Shown: piece by piece, positions 55,872-63,589 of the stretch
Position numbering within the stretch: the stretch's first letter is position 1
Layout: the number at the start of each line of letters is the position of its first letter
IMG/VR virus record: IMGVR_UViG_3300026094_000847
Coordinates: 1-63,589 of that record
Origin: a virus
Lineage: Duplodnaviria > Caudoviricetes
DNA length: 63,589 bases
Direction: 5' to 3' (one strand)
Program-made: the position numbers and the translations under genes
Notes under the pieces: generated by a model
Seen by the model: the letters and a program-made list of their open reading frames with translations, nothing else
Database searches by the model: none
Told to the model about the DNA's origin: nothing

Positions 55872-56949
55872 TAATTTCAGTCTCCGTAGTTTCTACAACG
55901 TCAACATCGTCTTCTAAAGGTTCTTCTTCCTTGGGTCCGGAGAGATCGTAGAATTGATCAATAATCATATCTAGCTTTTCGCCCGTCCAGGCCTTTCGAT
56001 ATTCTTTATGTTCCTCTCCGTTGACGTCAACGTATTTAAGTCTATTGCCATCTTTTTGGAGAATGCCTTTCTTTTCAAATAGATCTACAAGACCGCTGTA
56101 AGGATCCATGCCTGTTTCGTATGGAATCTTAACTTGTACGCTTTCAAACGGTTTTGCATAGCGCGTCTTCATAACCTTACAGGCGGCACGAATGCCGTGT
56201 ACGTCGGAGGTCTTGTTGCCATCTTCGTCTTCTTTGAGCTTGAGCTTTTTCATTGCTATTACAATACTGGAAGCATACACAAAACCCTGTCCGCCTGAAA
56301 TCTTGTCATCCGGGTCGAACATGTCCTGTGATGCATAGGTATGATTAGTACACACCATGCCTACGTTGTAACTACCAAACATGTTAACACAGTTTCGAAC
56401 AAGTGCTGTCAATGCTTTGGGCTTGCGACCCATATCGCCTTTCAAATCACCCTTGCCAAACTGATCCACATCAGTAGGCGTAAGCAACATGCCTAGACTG
56501 TCTACTACAAACAAGACTTTGGGACGATCCTCTTCTGCCATGTCTTTGTAATCCTTCATAAACTCGGACACAGTTTTAGCAACGTCGTCGATCATTGCCA
56601 TGTTGAGTTTAAGAAGTTTTTCTTCGCTTGTGTCAACATCAAGTCTTTGAAGCCAATCTTCATCCAATGCATTTTCTGAGTCAATGAGAACAACAAAAAT
56701 GCCTTGATCCTGCGCATGTTTAATGATATTGCCCGAACAAAAATAGCTCTTGCCAGAACCGCTTTCGCCGGCAAACACCGTTACTTTACCTAAGGGGACC
56801 CCCTTGTGAAAATCACCACTTACCAAATAGTTTAGTGCGTAATTACCAGTCGATACCCAATCTGTAGGGTCATTAAAACCTACACCAAGTCCGTCAATGC
56901 TCTTGGTTAGATTTTTTCTAAATTTACTTAAATCAAATGCCTTTGCCAT
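55864..56949 (-). CDS. uvsX: RecA/UvsX recombinase
   Basis: STGNYALN, AGESGSGKS, IDSENALD, VVDSLG, SGG.G..YASS. Confidence 0.93.
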   Translation of the reverse strand: MAKAFDLSKFRKNLTKSIDGLGVGFNDPTDWVSTGNYALNYLVSGDFHKGVPLGKVTVFAGESGSGKSYFCSGNIIKHAQDQGIFVVLIDSENALDEDWLQRLDVDTSEEKLLKLNMAMIDDVAKTVSEFMKDYKDMAEEDRPKVLFVVDSLGMLLTPTDVDQFGKGDLKGDMGRKPKALTALVRNCVNMFGSYNVGMVCTNHTYASQDMFDPDDKISGGQGFVYASSIVIAMKKLKLKEDEDGNKTSDVHGIRAACKVMKTRYAKPFESVQVKIPYETGMDPYSGLVDLFEKKGILQKDGNRLKYVDVNGEEHKEYRKAWTGEKLDMIIDQFYDLSGPKEEEPLEDDVDVVETTETEINE

Positions 56950-57005
56950 GTTTACTCCTATAAGCCTGAAGGATAGGGCATGCAGATGCAGAGGCCCTAT
57001 AGATT

Positions 57006-58013
57006 TTATTCTGCAGATTTACGTGCACGAATCTGTGCAAGAATATCCTGTGCGCGGCTTGCACCTTCTTCGCTTTCAGTGCTTTCCTGCGCAGGTTCTG
57101 CTGCCGGCTTGCTTTCTTCTGCAGGAGCAGTTTCTGCGACAGTCTCTTTAACTGGTTCTGCTGCTGGCGCAGGCTTTGGAGCGGCAACCTGTGTTTTGTT
57201 GGGATCACCTGTTGCTTGACTCATGCCAGCTGGACGGAAATACTGACTCCAGCGATCTGCGTCATAGGGTTCACCATCGACGCTGGCCTCGAACATTTCC
57301 TTCATTACCTGCATTTCGACTTCGCCTGGCTTCTTGGGTAGGAAGTCAGAAAGATTAAACAACCCATGCTTTTCGATTGCCGCCGCTTCTTCTTCAGTAA
57401 GACTGCGTTCACGACGACTCCACTGAGAAGTAGAATAGTCTGCATACCCGCCTTTTGAAGTTTTCTTGATGCGGAAGTCAACACCGCGCATATAATCAGT
57501 CGGCAGTTCTTCTAGCTCTGGATCCATTAGCGCACCCTTAATGATCTGGAAAATCTGAGGTCCGATAATAAACCTACGAATAGGATTTTCTGGTGTGTTG
57601 TCTTCTTTGATAGGATCGTCTACTACAAAGCCTTGGAAGATATACGAACGCTTCTTCCAATACTTACGACCCATGTCCTCAAGACTCGGATCTTTAAACC
57701 ATGTGCGCACTTCAGATAGGATTGGGCAGGTATCCCCTTCGCCATACATTTCTACACAGGGAATTTGTACGATTGTCTGACGGCTGTCAGTCTCGCCTTT
57801 GATGCCTGAGAAAGGCAGTTTGATCATTGCACGTTCTACCCAAAAGAACGTGTTAGAATCGTTGCCGTCTGGAAGGAATCGAAGAACGGTTTCTGAACCT
57901 TCTTGCATATTCCAGTGCGGATAAATTGCGTTGTCGCCCGGACCTGATGATCGATTGCCACCGCCGTTATTTTGCTCTTGAAGCTTTGCTCGGATTTCAG
58001 CTAATGATGCCAT
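57006..58013 (-). CDS. single-stranded DNA-binding protein (T4 gp32-like)
   Basis: LRFLPD, CP.L, YWKKRSY, GYADYSTS, acidic tail; AGGAGG RBS at MASLAEIR. Confidence 0.88.
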   Translation of the reverse strand: MASLAEIRAKLQEQNNGGGNRSSGPGDNAIYPHWNMQEGSETVLRFLPDGNDSNTFFWVERAMIKLPFSGIKGETDSRQTIVQIPCVEMYGEGDTCPILSEVRTWFKDPSLEDMGRKYWKKRSYIFQGFVVDDPIKEDNTPENPIRRFIIGPQIFQIIKGALMDPELEELPTDYMRGVDFRIKKTSKGGYADYSTSQWSRRERSLTEEEAAAIEKHGLFNLSDFLPKKPGEVEMQVMKEMFEASVDGEPYDADRWSQYFRPAGMSQATGDPNKTQVAAPKPAPAAEPVKETVAETAPAEESKPAAEPAQESTESEEGASRAQDILAQIRARKSAE

Positions 58014-58156
58014 TATGTGCCTCCTTTGTTGTTGCCTAATGGTATGCCTAATCGCATAAAACATATTATGCGTGTTTTATTTAGCGTTGTCAAGCGGAGA
58101 TTGAATCTATTTTCCACAATGATAAATATCTCTACCAGGCAAACACGAGGCAAAAA

Positions 58157-59833
58157 ATGAGTGCAAAATTAGACGAAGTAGAAAAGCTAGTAGAGGCTTT
58201 TGAAAGGCAACTGCCAGAAGGCAAAGAATACGAAGACAGGTTAAGAGAAGAACTAGAAATAATAGCAGATCTCAACTTTTCTAAACATTTTCTTAGAGTG
58301 GTAGAGATATTAAATCTCACCAAAGATATTCCGCATATTACTCGGGGCTCAGCAGGCAGCAGTCTTATTTGTTGGCTATTAGGTATATCCGATGTAGATC
58401 CTATTAAAGAAAGAATCCCCTTGTCACGATTTATGAATCCCAAGCGAGACGATTTACCAGATATAGATCTAGATTTTCCACATTGGAAACAAGATACTGT
58501 AATGCAGAGAATATACAAACGCTGGCCGGGACAGAGTGCAAGGGCGTCAAACTATGTGACATATAAAGAAAAGAGTGCTGTTAGAGAAGCCGCAAAACGA
58601 TTTGGCGCTCCGGGAAATCTCAAACGAGGTTTTAAACTAGAAGAAGTTATAGACAAAGACTATATTAAAGATGCAGAAAAACTTGCACAGAAATTAAAAG
58701 GTAAAAAACGCTGTATCTCTAAACATTGCGGCGGTGTGCTTATATTTGACAGACCCGTTCCTAAAAGTCTTTTAAATGCTGAGAATCAAATACTGCTAGA
58801 CAAATATGAAATTGAAGATTTAGATCATTTTAAAATAGACATATTAGCTAACAGAGGGTTAAGTCAGTTGTGGCACATTTCAGATCAGCATCTTTTAGAT
58901 TATCCAGAGCATGATGAAGCAACCGCAGAACTGTTATCATCTGGCGATGTTCTAGGCGTAACACAAGCAGAATCACCTGCAATGAAAAGACTATGCAAAG
59001 CCATCAAACCGCAATCGAGAGAAGACTGTGTGCTTGCCACAGCACTAATACGTCCAGTAGCAACAATGGGTAGACGCAAGGCCAGCTTTTTTCAAGATTG
59101 GAGCCAAGATAACTTTAGTAAAACTATTGTGTACGAAGACGATGCCATAAGCCTAATATCGGAAATCCTTGGTTGCGACCATTATGAAGCAGATATGTGG
59201 AGGAGAGCGTTTGCTAAGAAAAACGAAGAAAAAATATTTGAATTTATGCGTCTCGTTGGAGATCATCCGCGCAAAGATGAAGTTTTTATGGCTCTTAAGG
59301 AACTAAGTCATTTTGGGCTATGCAGAGCGCACGCAATTAATCTAGGCAGACTAATATGGTCTCTTGCATACGAAAAAGCACACAATAGGAGAGATTTTTG
59401 GACAGCCGCATTAAAACACTGCAAAGGATCATATGCTCGTTGGGTATATTGGCACGAAGCTAAATTAGCAGGCTCTGTGCCCAGTATTACTGAAGGCGAC
59501 GAAGTTACTGAACTACAACAGCTAGGAAAATGGCGAAGCGGCCGTTTTATACCAGGCTGTCAAGAGATTAGAAAGCCCGGACAGATTGAATTTTGTGGCT
59601 TAGTGGCCAACTATAGAGTATTTAAAAGCGGTCCAAAAGAATACATAACATTTGTTACTTTGGGCACAGGCAATGGCAAATATCTTGATGTTATTCTTAA
59701 AGGAGCCAACAGTTTTAGAGACAAACAACTGCTTTGGGGGAGAGGTAAATTGGGATATAAAAATAACTCAGAATATGTTAGTGTATACAAGTATAAAAAA
59801 TTAGCACTTAAAGAGGTTGAACATCTACAATGA
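58157..59833 (+). CDS. dnaE: DNA polymerase III alpha-like (DnaE), PHP domain absent
   Basis: RGSAGSSL..WLLGI..VDP, RFMNP.R.DLPDIDLDF, KHCGG, KIDILA, ALIRP, RAHA. Confidence 0.88.
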   Translation: MSAKLDEVEKLVEAFERQLPEGKEYEDRLREELEIIADLNFSKHFLRVVEILNLTKDIPHITRGSAGSSLICWLLGISDVDPIKERIPLSRFMNPKRDDLPDIDLDFPHWKQDTVMQRIYKRWPGQSARASNYVTYKEKSAVREAAKRFGAPGNLKRGFKLEEVIDKDYIKDAEKLAQKLKGKKRCISKHCGGVLIFDRPVPKSLLNAENQILLDKYEIEDLDHFKIDILANRGLSQLWHISDQHLLDYPEHDEATAELLSSGDVLGVTQAESPAMKRLCKAIKPQSREDCVLATALIRPVATMGRRKASFFQDWSQDNFSKTIVYEDDAISLISEILGCDHYEADMWRRAFAKKNEEKIFEFMRLVGDHPRKDEVFMALKELSHFGLCRAHAINLGRLIWSLAYEKAHNRRDFWTAALKHCKGSYARWVYWHEAKLAGSVPSITEGDEVTELQQLGKWRSGRFIPGCQEIRKPGQIEFCGLVANYRVFKSGPKEYITFVTLGTGNGKYLDVILKGANSFRDKQLLWGRGKLGYKNNSEYVSVYKYKKLALKEVEHLQ

Positions 59834-60144
59834 TATATAGGTCGAGACTGCATTTATATCCTCACAAAGAACCGCAAGGCAAATCGTACATTGTCGGAGA
59901 AAAACGCGCTCTAAAAGAACTTGCTCGAGCATTGGATCGAGCCGCAAACGGACACATTGGCATTGATAATGTAAAATTATACTCTAGCGACGGTCATGAA
60001 TACGAAGTAATTATTGCCAAGGACATTGCAGAAGAAGAGTGGCAGAATCTACAATTACCTTACGAAAAAAATGCTTCGCCCGATGTGTTAGAATCAATCC
60101 AGTTGTGGGAAAGCATAAGAGAAGAATGCAAGCAGGACTATTAA
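59830..60144 (+). CDS. hypothetical protein
   Basis: ATGA overlap with dnaE; YSSDGHEY. Confidence 0.65.
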   Translation: MIYRSRLHLYPHKEPQGKSYIVGEKRALKELARALDRAANGHIGIDNVKLYSSDGHEYEVIIAKDIAEEEWQNLQLPYEKNASPDVLESIQLWESIREECKQDY

Positions 60145-62126
60145 AGTCCTGCTAGCTTTTTAAGTGTGTCAAATTCGGCTGTGTCTTCGCCGGTGTTACC
60201 GAGTTCGTCGAGCTCAACATCTTGTGTCGGAGCCATTCTTTCAATCATTCGGCTTGCGGCTTTTCCTGCGGTTTCGCCAAACTTTTTAGCAACCTGTTGT
60301 TCAACCGCAGTTGGACCTTTTGGAAACGTGCCTTTTTCTCTGTCATAAAAGCTCATTACAAAATCAGCAACTTCTTCTACTTTAAAGGTTTCGCCGTCTA
60401 CTTCAAACTCGTCCTTGCCCTGTTTTTTGGCCTTGGCCATTGCACCAGTAAACTTATTGCCTTCTTCTTGCATGTCGCCAAAGTCAATATCATCAACAAC
60501 ATCAGGTGCATTGTCCTCAAGCCAATCTTTTACCATTGGCCGAACACACTGCTCTGGGTCTTCCTTGGCCGCCTGTCTAATTTGATTAAACAGCGAAGGA
60601 TCGTCAATCACGCCTTCTAGACTTCCAATAGCATTTGTTCCGTCAACGCCGGCCGGAAAATGTTCGCCCATAAGATTGTTAAGCTGTCTTACCGCCGCCT
60701 GTTTTTCTTCGGCGTCTCTGCTGACAATAGCACTTTCTTCGCCTAGATTGTTAACCCACGATTCGAATCTATCAAACCCGTCCATCATATCATCCATTGG
60801 GTTATCATCGTATTCTTGTCTAAAATCAAAATCATCATTCTCATAGCCGCCACCGTAGTCTTGTTCGAAGCCGTCTATCATGCGATCTAAAATGCCTTCG
60901 TAATCGTCATCTGGGTGTAGATCAGCGCCGTCTACGATGTCTCCATATCTTTTTTCAATTTCTCTTTGAACATCAGGACCGTATTTTCCATTTAGAGCAT
61001 CGCTTAACATTTCGTAACCAGCATCTCCGCTGTCAGCAACCTTTTGCTTAAACTCTTCTGGATCCATTCCTTCAGCAACTTCAGTGTTGTTTTCTCCGAC
61101 TATGTCGTTATATCCTATTGTATTGTTTTCTTTCATGAGCCTATACAATACAGGAAACACATTTTCCATTTCCTCTTTAAAGCTGATTACAGTGAATTTA
61201 CTTTTGAGATCTTGCCTTACAGTTTCTGGAAGTTCCGTGTCTTGATTTTTAGAGAAGTTATCTACATAAGATTCGTAGTTCTTTTGTTTAGAAAGTCGCT
61301 TTATTTGTTCTTTGAGATTGTTTAGTTGCTCGGTTCCTTTTTCTACGATTTCTGAATTATGTTCGTTTACTAGATTGTTTTTATTAACATAGTTCTGAAA
61401 CATTTTAAGTTGTTTAATTTCTTCGCTAATTCCGGTAATGCTTGAACCTATGTCATCATATGGGTTCCCGCCGTTTGCAACATGGCGCTGCATGGCTCTA
61501 GCACCTGCAAGATGAATGTAAGGATATTTAAATCTTTCTCCTTGTGCATTCTCAATAAAAAGTGCCGAAATATTTCTAGTTCTTGCATTCGGGCTCAGCT
61601 CTTGATCATCAGTGAGTTTCTTGCTGTGCTTGATGATTAATTTTGTGTCATTTAATTTTTGGAAGCTCTGTGTCTTTGTTCCATACAGTGTGCTTTCATT
61701 CATTATGTTTTCCTCTACGGGCTCTTGCATTGTCTGTTGTGGTTCCTGCATAGCATGAGTTCGCAGGAAATCATAATCTCTTTTGTCTAGTGCGTCTTTA
61801 GTAATATCTCTTACATCAAAATTTAGGAGTCTTCTTTTTGCAAAGCCTCTTAACTCACGCAAAAAATTATACCAGTTCTTTTGTTGATCGTTGTCCATTC
61901 CCTCCGCAATTCCGGAAGAAAAGTAAACTTTCATGGACCCTTCTTCTGCAAGGCTTATCGAAACATGGCCTAGACTTTTTTCACCTTCCATGTAATTAAA
62001 ATCAAAAAAAGCAGCCAGTTTGGGATCTACAGTAATTTCGCCAGTTTCCTCTCCCAGTTTAAGGCCAGAGAACCTGCTGCGAATCTTATAAAATAGATCT
62101 TCTGAAATATTTTCTAAAGCATTCAT
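60141..62126 (-). CDS. large acidic hypothetical (probable head/core) protein
   Basis: 661 aa, TAAATA upstream (~62134), adjacent to terminase, C-terminus LKKLAGL. Confidence 0.7.
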   Translation of the reverse strand: MNALENISEDLFYKIRSRFSGLKLGEETGEITVDPKLAAFFDFNYMEGEKSLGHVSISLAEEGSMKVYFSSGIAEGMDNDQQKNWYNFLRELRGFAKRRLLNFDVRDITKDALDKRDYDFLRTHAMQEPQQTMQEPVEENIMNESTLYGTKTQSFQKLNDTKLIIKHSKKLTDDQELSPNARTRNISALFIENAQGERFKYPYIHLAGARAMQRHVANGGNPYDDIGSSITGISEEIKQLKMFQNYVNKNNLVNEHNSEIVEKGTEQLNNLKEQIKRLSKQKNYESYVDNFSKNQDTELPETVRQDLKSKFTVISFKEEMENVFPVLYRLMKENNTIGYNDIVGENNTEVAEGMDPEEFKQKVADSGDAGYEMLSDALNGKYGPDVQREIEKRYGDIVDGADLHPDDDYEGILDRMIDGFEQDYGGGYENDDFDFRQEYDDNPMDDMMDGFDRFESWVNNLGEESAIVSRDAEEKQAAVRQLNNLMGEHFPAGVDGTNAIGSLEGVIDDPSLFNQIRQAAKEDPEQCVRPMVKDWLEDNAPDVVDDIDFGDMQEEGNKFTGAMAKAKKQGKDEFEVDGETFKVEEVADFVMSFYDREKGTFPKGPTAVEQQVAKKFGETAGKAASRMIERMAPTQDVELDELGNTGEDTAEFDTLKKLAGL

Positions 62127-62138
62127 AATAAGTATTTA

Positions 62139-63589
62139 TCAGACTATGCCGCTTATGTAAATAGGCATAGGCATTTCTGCTTCCTCTACTTTTTCAGCCA
62201 TTTTGTTGTAAATTGCCGGATCCCAATCGGCTAGAACAGCGGCCATCCGCACAACCAACAGACAGGCCGAAACCAAATCGTCTGTTTGCTGCCCTTTTGC
62301 CTTAAAGCCAATGCCGGTGGACACATAGTTTTTCAGCTCTGAAATAAGAGGTTTTGAATGTATGGTCATGTTGTTTTGCTCGATCAAATGCTTTAATCTA
62401 GAACAGGCAGATATTTTAGTTTTATGAGTGGTATTAAAACCTTTTCTAAATCTTCGAACATGGCCTCTACGTATAGGTTCACTCAAAAACAAACCGTGAA
62501 AGTTTTCTTCACCTATATCGTTTATTACAATAAGCGCGGATTCTCCCAGCGTGTTGTTTTCGACAGAATAATATATCTGTGGCGGGCTCCCGCGCTCCGA
62601 ACCTTGTTCGTGAACCTGTTTTAGAATTTCTCTCATAATTTTCACTTGTTCTTGTACAGGTGTCATATTGTGACGCCATTCGGCAACCTGTTCCATGCTA
62701 GGTAGCTCAAACACCTGTATTGCACCATGGTCACCGCCGGTGCCAAGGCTGGGATCCAATGCTACCAAATAAGAACAGTCTGGATCAATTTCTTTATACC
62801 AGCGGGTCTGACCCATTTTATAAATTGGCTCTTTGCCTTCTAGTTCAGCTAATTTAACGCTGTTTAGAAGTGTTTCATCATAGATTAAAAATTCGCATTC
62901 GAATTCGCGTTTAAATCGTTCTTCTCCGATTTTAGCAATTTCTTGATTGGCCCAGTCTTGATCTCTATCGGGGTGCTCATTCCAGTGTGCAAAATACGGA
63001 TAAAATCCGTTGGTTCCTGTTTCTTGTTCGTTCCCGTGCTCGTCAAATTTTTTGTTCGCTTCTGTCCAGATTAGAGCAAACTGATCTTCGTCTGAGTTAG
63101 GTGTCGATGTAACAATACATTTACCGCCCGTTGACAGTGTAGGTGATAGTGCTGTCCAAAACTCAGATGCTTTTTCTGGTGGTTGCACAAATGCAAACTC
63201 ATCGCAGTAAATTAAGGAAAGGGATTTGCCGCGTCCTGTATTTTCGGTTGTTGTAGTTGCTTCTACTCTGCTGCCATTGTCAAACTCAACTGAATTTCGA
63301 TTATAGGTATAGACGCCCGCTCTTATAAAATCAGGCAGCATCTCATATCCGTATCTAAATCGATTCATAATATCCTGGGCACCTGTATATTTGTGTGCAG
63401 CGATTAAAACCTGTGCTTCTGGCGTAAACATACTGTACCAAAGTAGATACCCTGCCGCGCAGGTGGTTTTTCCCATTTGTCTCGGCAACATAGCCACAGT
63501 ATATCTGTAATCGTGATAAGAACGGATTAGTCCCTCTTGAAAATCATAAGGAACAAAGTCAATACTACCTCGTGTAGGATGCTGGATTT
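62139..63589 (-). CDS. terminase large subunit (T4 gp17-like), 5' end beyond window
   Basis: PRQMGKT, YCDEFAF, TSTPN, REFECEF, ALDPS.G.GGD, DDLV; frame stays open to the window edge (IQHPTRG..PYDFQ). Confidence 0.95.
   Translation of the reverse strand, partial: IQHPTRGSIDFVPYDFQEGLIRSYHDYRYTVAMLPRQMGKTTCAAGYLLWYSMFTPEAQVLIAAHKYTGAQDIMNRFRYGYEMLPDFIRAGVYTYNRNSVEFDNGSRVEATTTTENTGRGKSLSLIYCDEFAFVQPPEKASEFWTALSPTLSTGGKCIVTSTPNSDEDQFALIWTEANKKFDEHGNEQETGTNGFYPYFAHWNEHPDRDQDWANQEIAKIGEERFKREFECEFLIYDETLLNSVKLAELEGKEPIYKMGQTRWYKEIDPDCSYLVALDPSLGTGGDHGAIQVFELPSMEQVAEWRHNMTPVQEQVKIMREILKQVHEQGSERGSPPQIYYSVENNTLGESALIVINDIGEENFHGLFLSEPIRRGHVRRFRKGFNTTHKTKISACSRLKHLIEQNNMTIHSKPLISELKNYVSTGIGFKAKGQQTDDLVSACLLVVRMAAVLADWDPAIYNKMAEKVEEAEMPMPIYISGIV

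Noticed and set aside
37327-59833. Two dnaE pieces as a split or trans-spliced gene
   Set aside because: Both contain the same catalytic motifs (redundant, not complementary) and no intein ends are visible
30258-63589. Inteins or introns in helicase, RecA, UvsW or terminase
   Set aside because: Lengths and motif spacing are normal
1-63589. Stop-codon reassignment
   Set aside because: Conserved genes are intact in the standard code and TAA, TAG and TGA all terminate genes; no suppressor tRNA seen
1-63589. Numerous antisense/nested ORFs in the track (e.g. 3632-4039, 41476-41976, 58132-58518)
   Set aside because: Shadows of well-supported genes, with no motifs or RBS

Overview
This 63.6-kb window is part of a large T4-like (myovirus or jumbo-type) dsDNA bacteriophage genome. 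The host is plausibly an aquatic alphaproteobacterium, because the phage carries a Shemin-pathway hemA. It divides into five parts. (1) 1-12 kb: auxiliary and metabolic genes (hemA, cytidylyltransferase plus cupin, clpP, HNH, DNA ligase, a 2OG-oxygenase/PLP-enzyme/amidinotransferase/radical-SAM operon, yqgE). (2) 12-30 kb: a compositionally distinct domain. Its core (14.7-27.8 kb) is an array of about 26 near-identical sigma70 promoter+RBS modules, each driving one to a few small genes, three tRNAs or a structured RNA. Two non-coding GT/CA polarity-switch blocks and GAA mini-hairpins bracket the array. (3) 30-44 kb: T4-like replication core (gp41 helicase, primase, UvsW, probable clamp-loader subunit) interleaved with 2OG-Fe(II) oxygenases, a carbamoyltransferase and a 188-aa miniature DnaE. 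(4) 44-55 kb: a glycan/capsule-type cluster (five paralogous capsule-synthesis-like GTs, other GTs, methyltransferases including a DUF579-like one, a flavin halogenase). (5) 55-63.6 kb: uvsY, recA/uvsX, gp32 SSB, a second PHP-less DnaE, a large acidic protein and the large terminase, which is truncated by the window edge. All calls come from motif recognition by eye; no searches were run.
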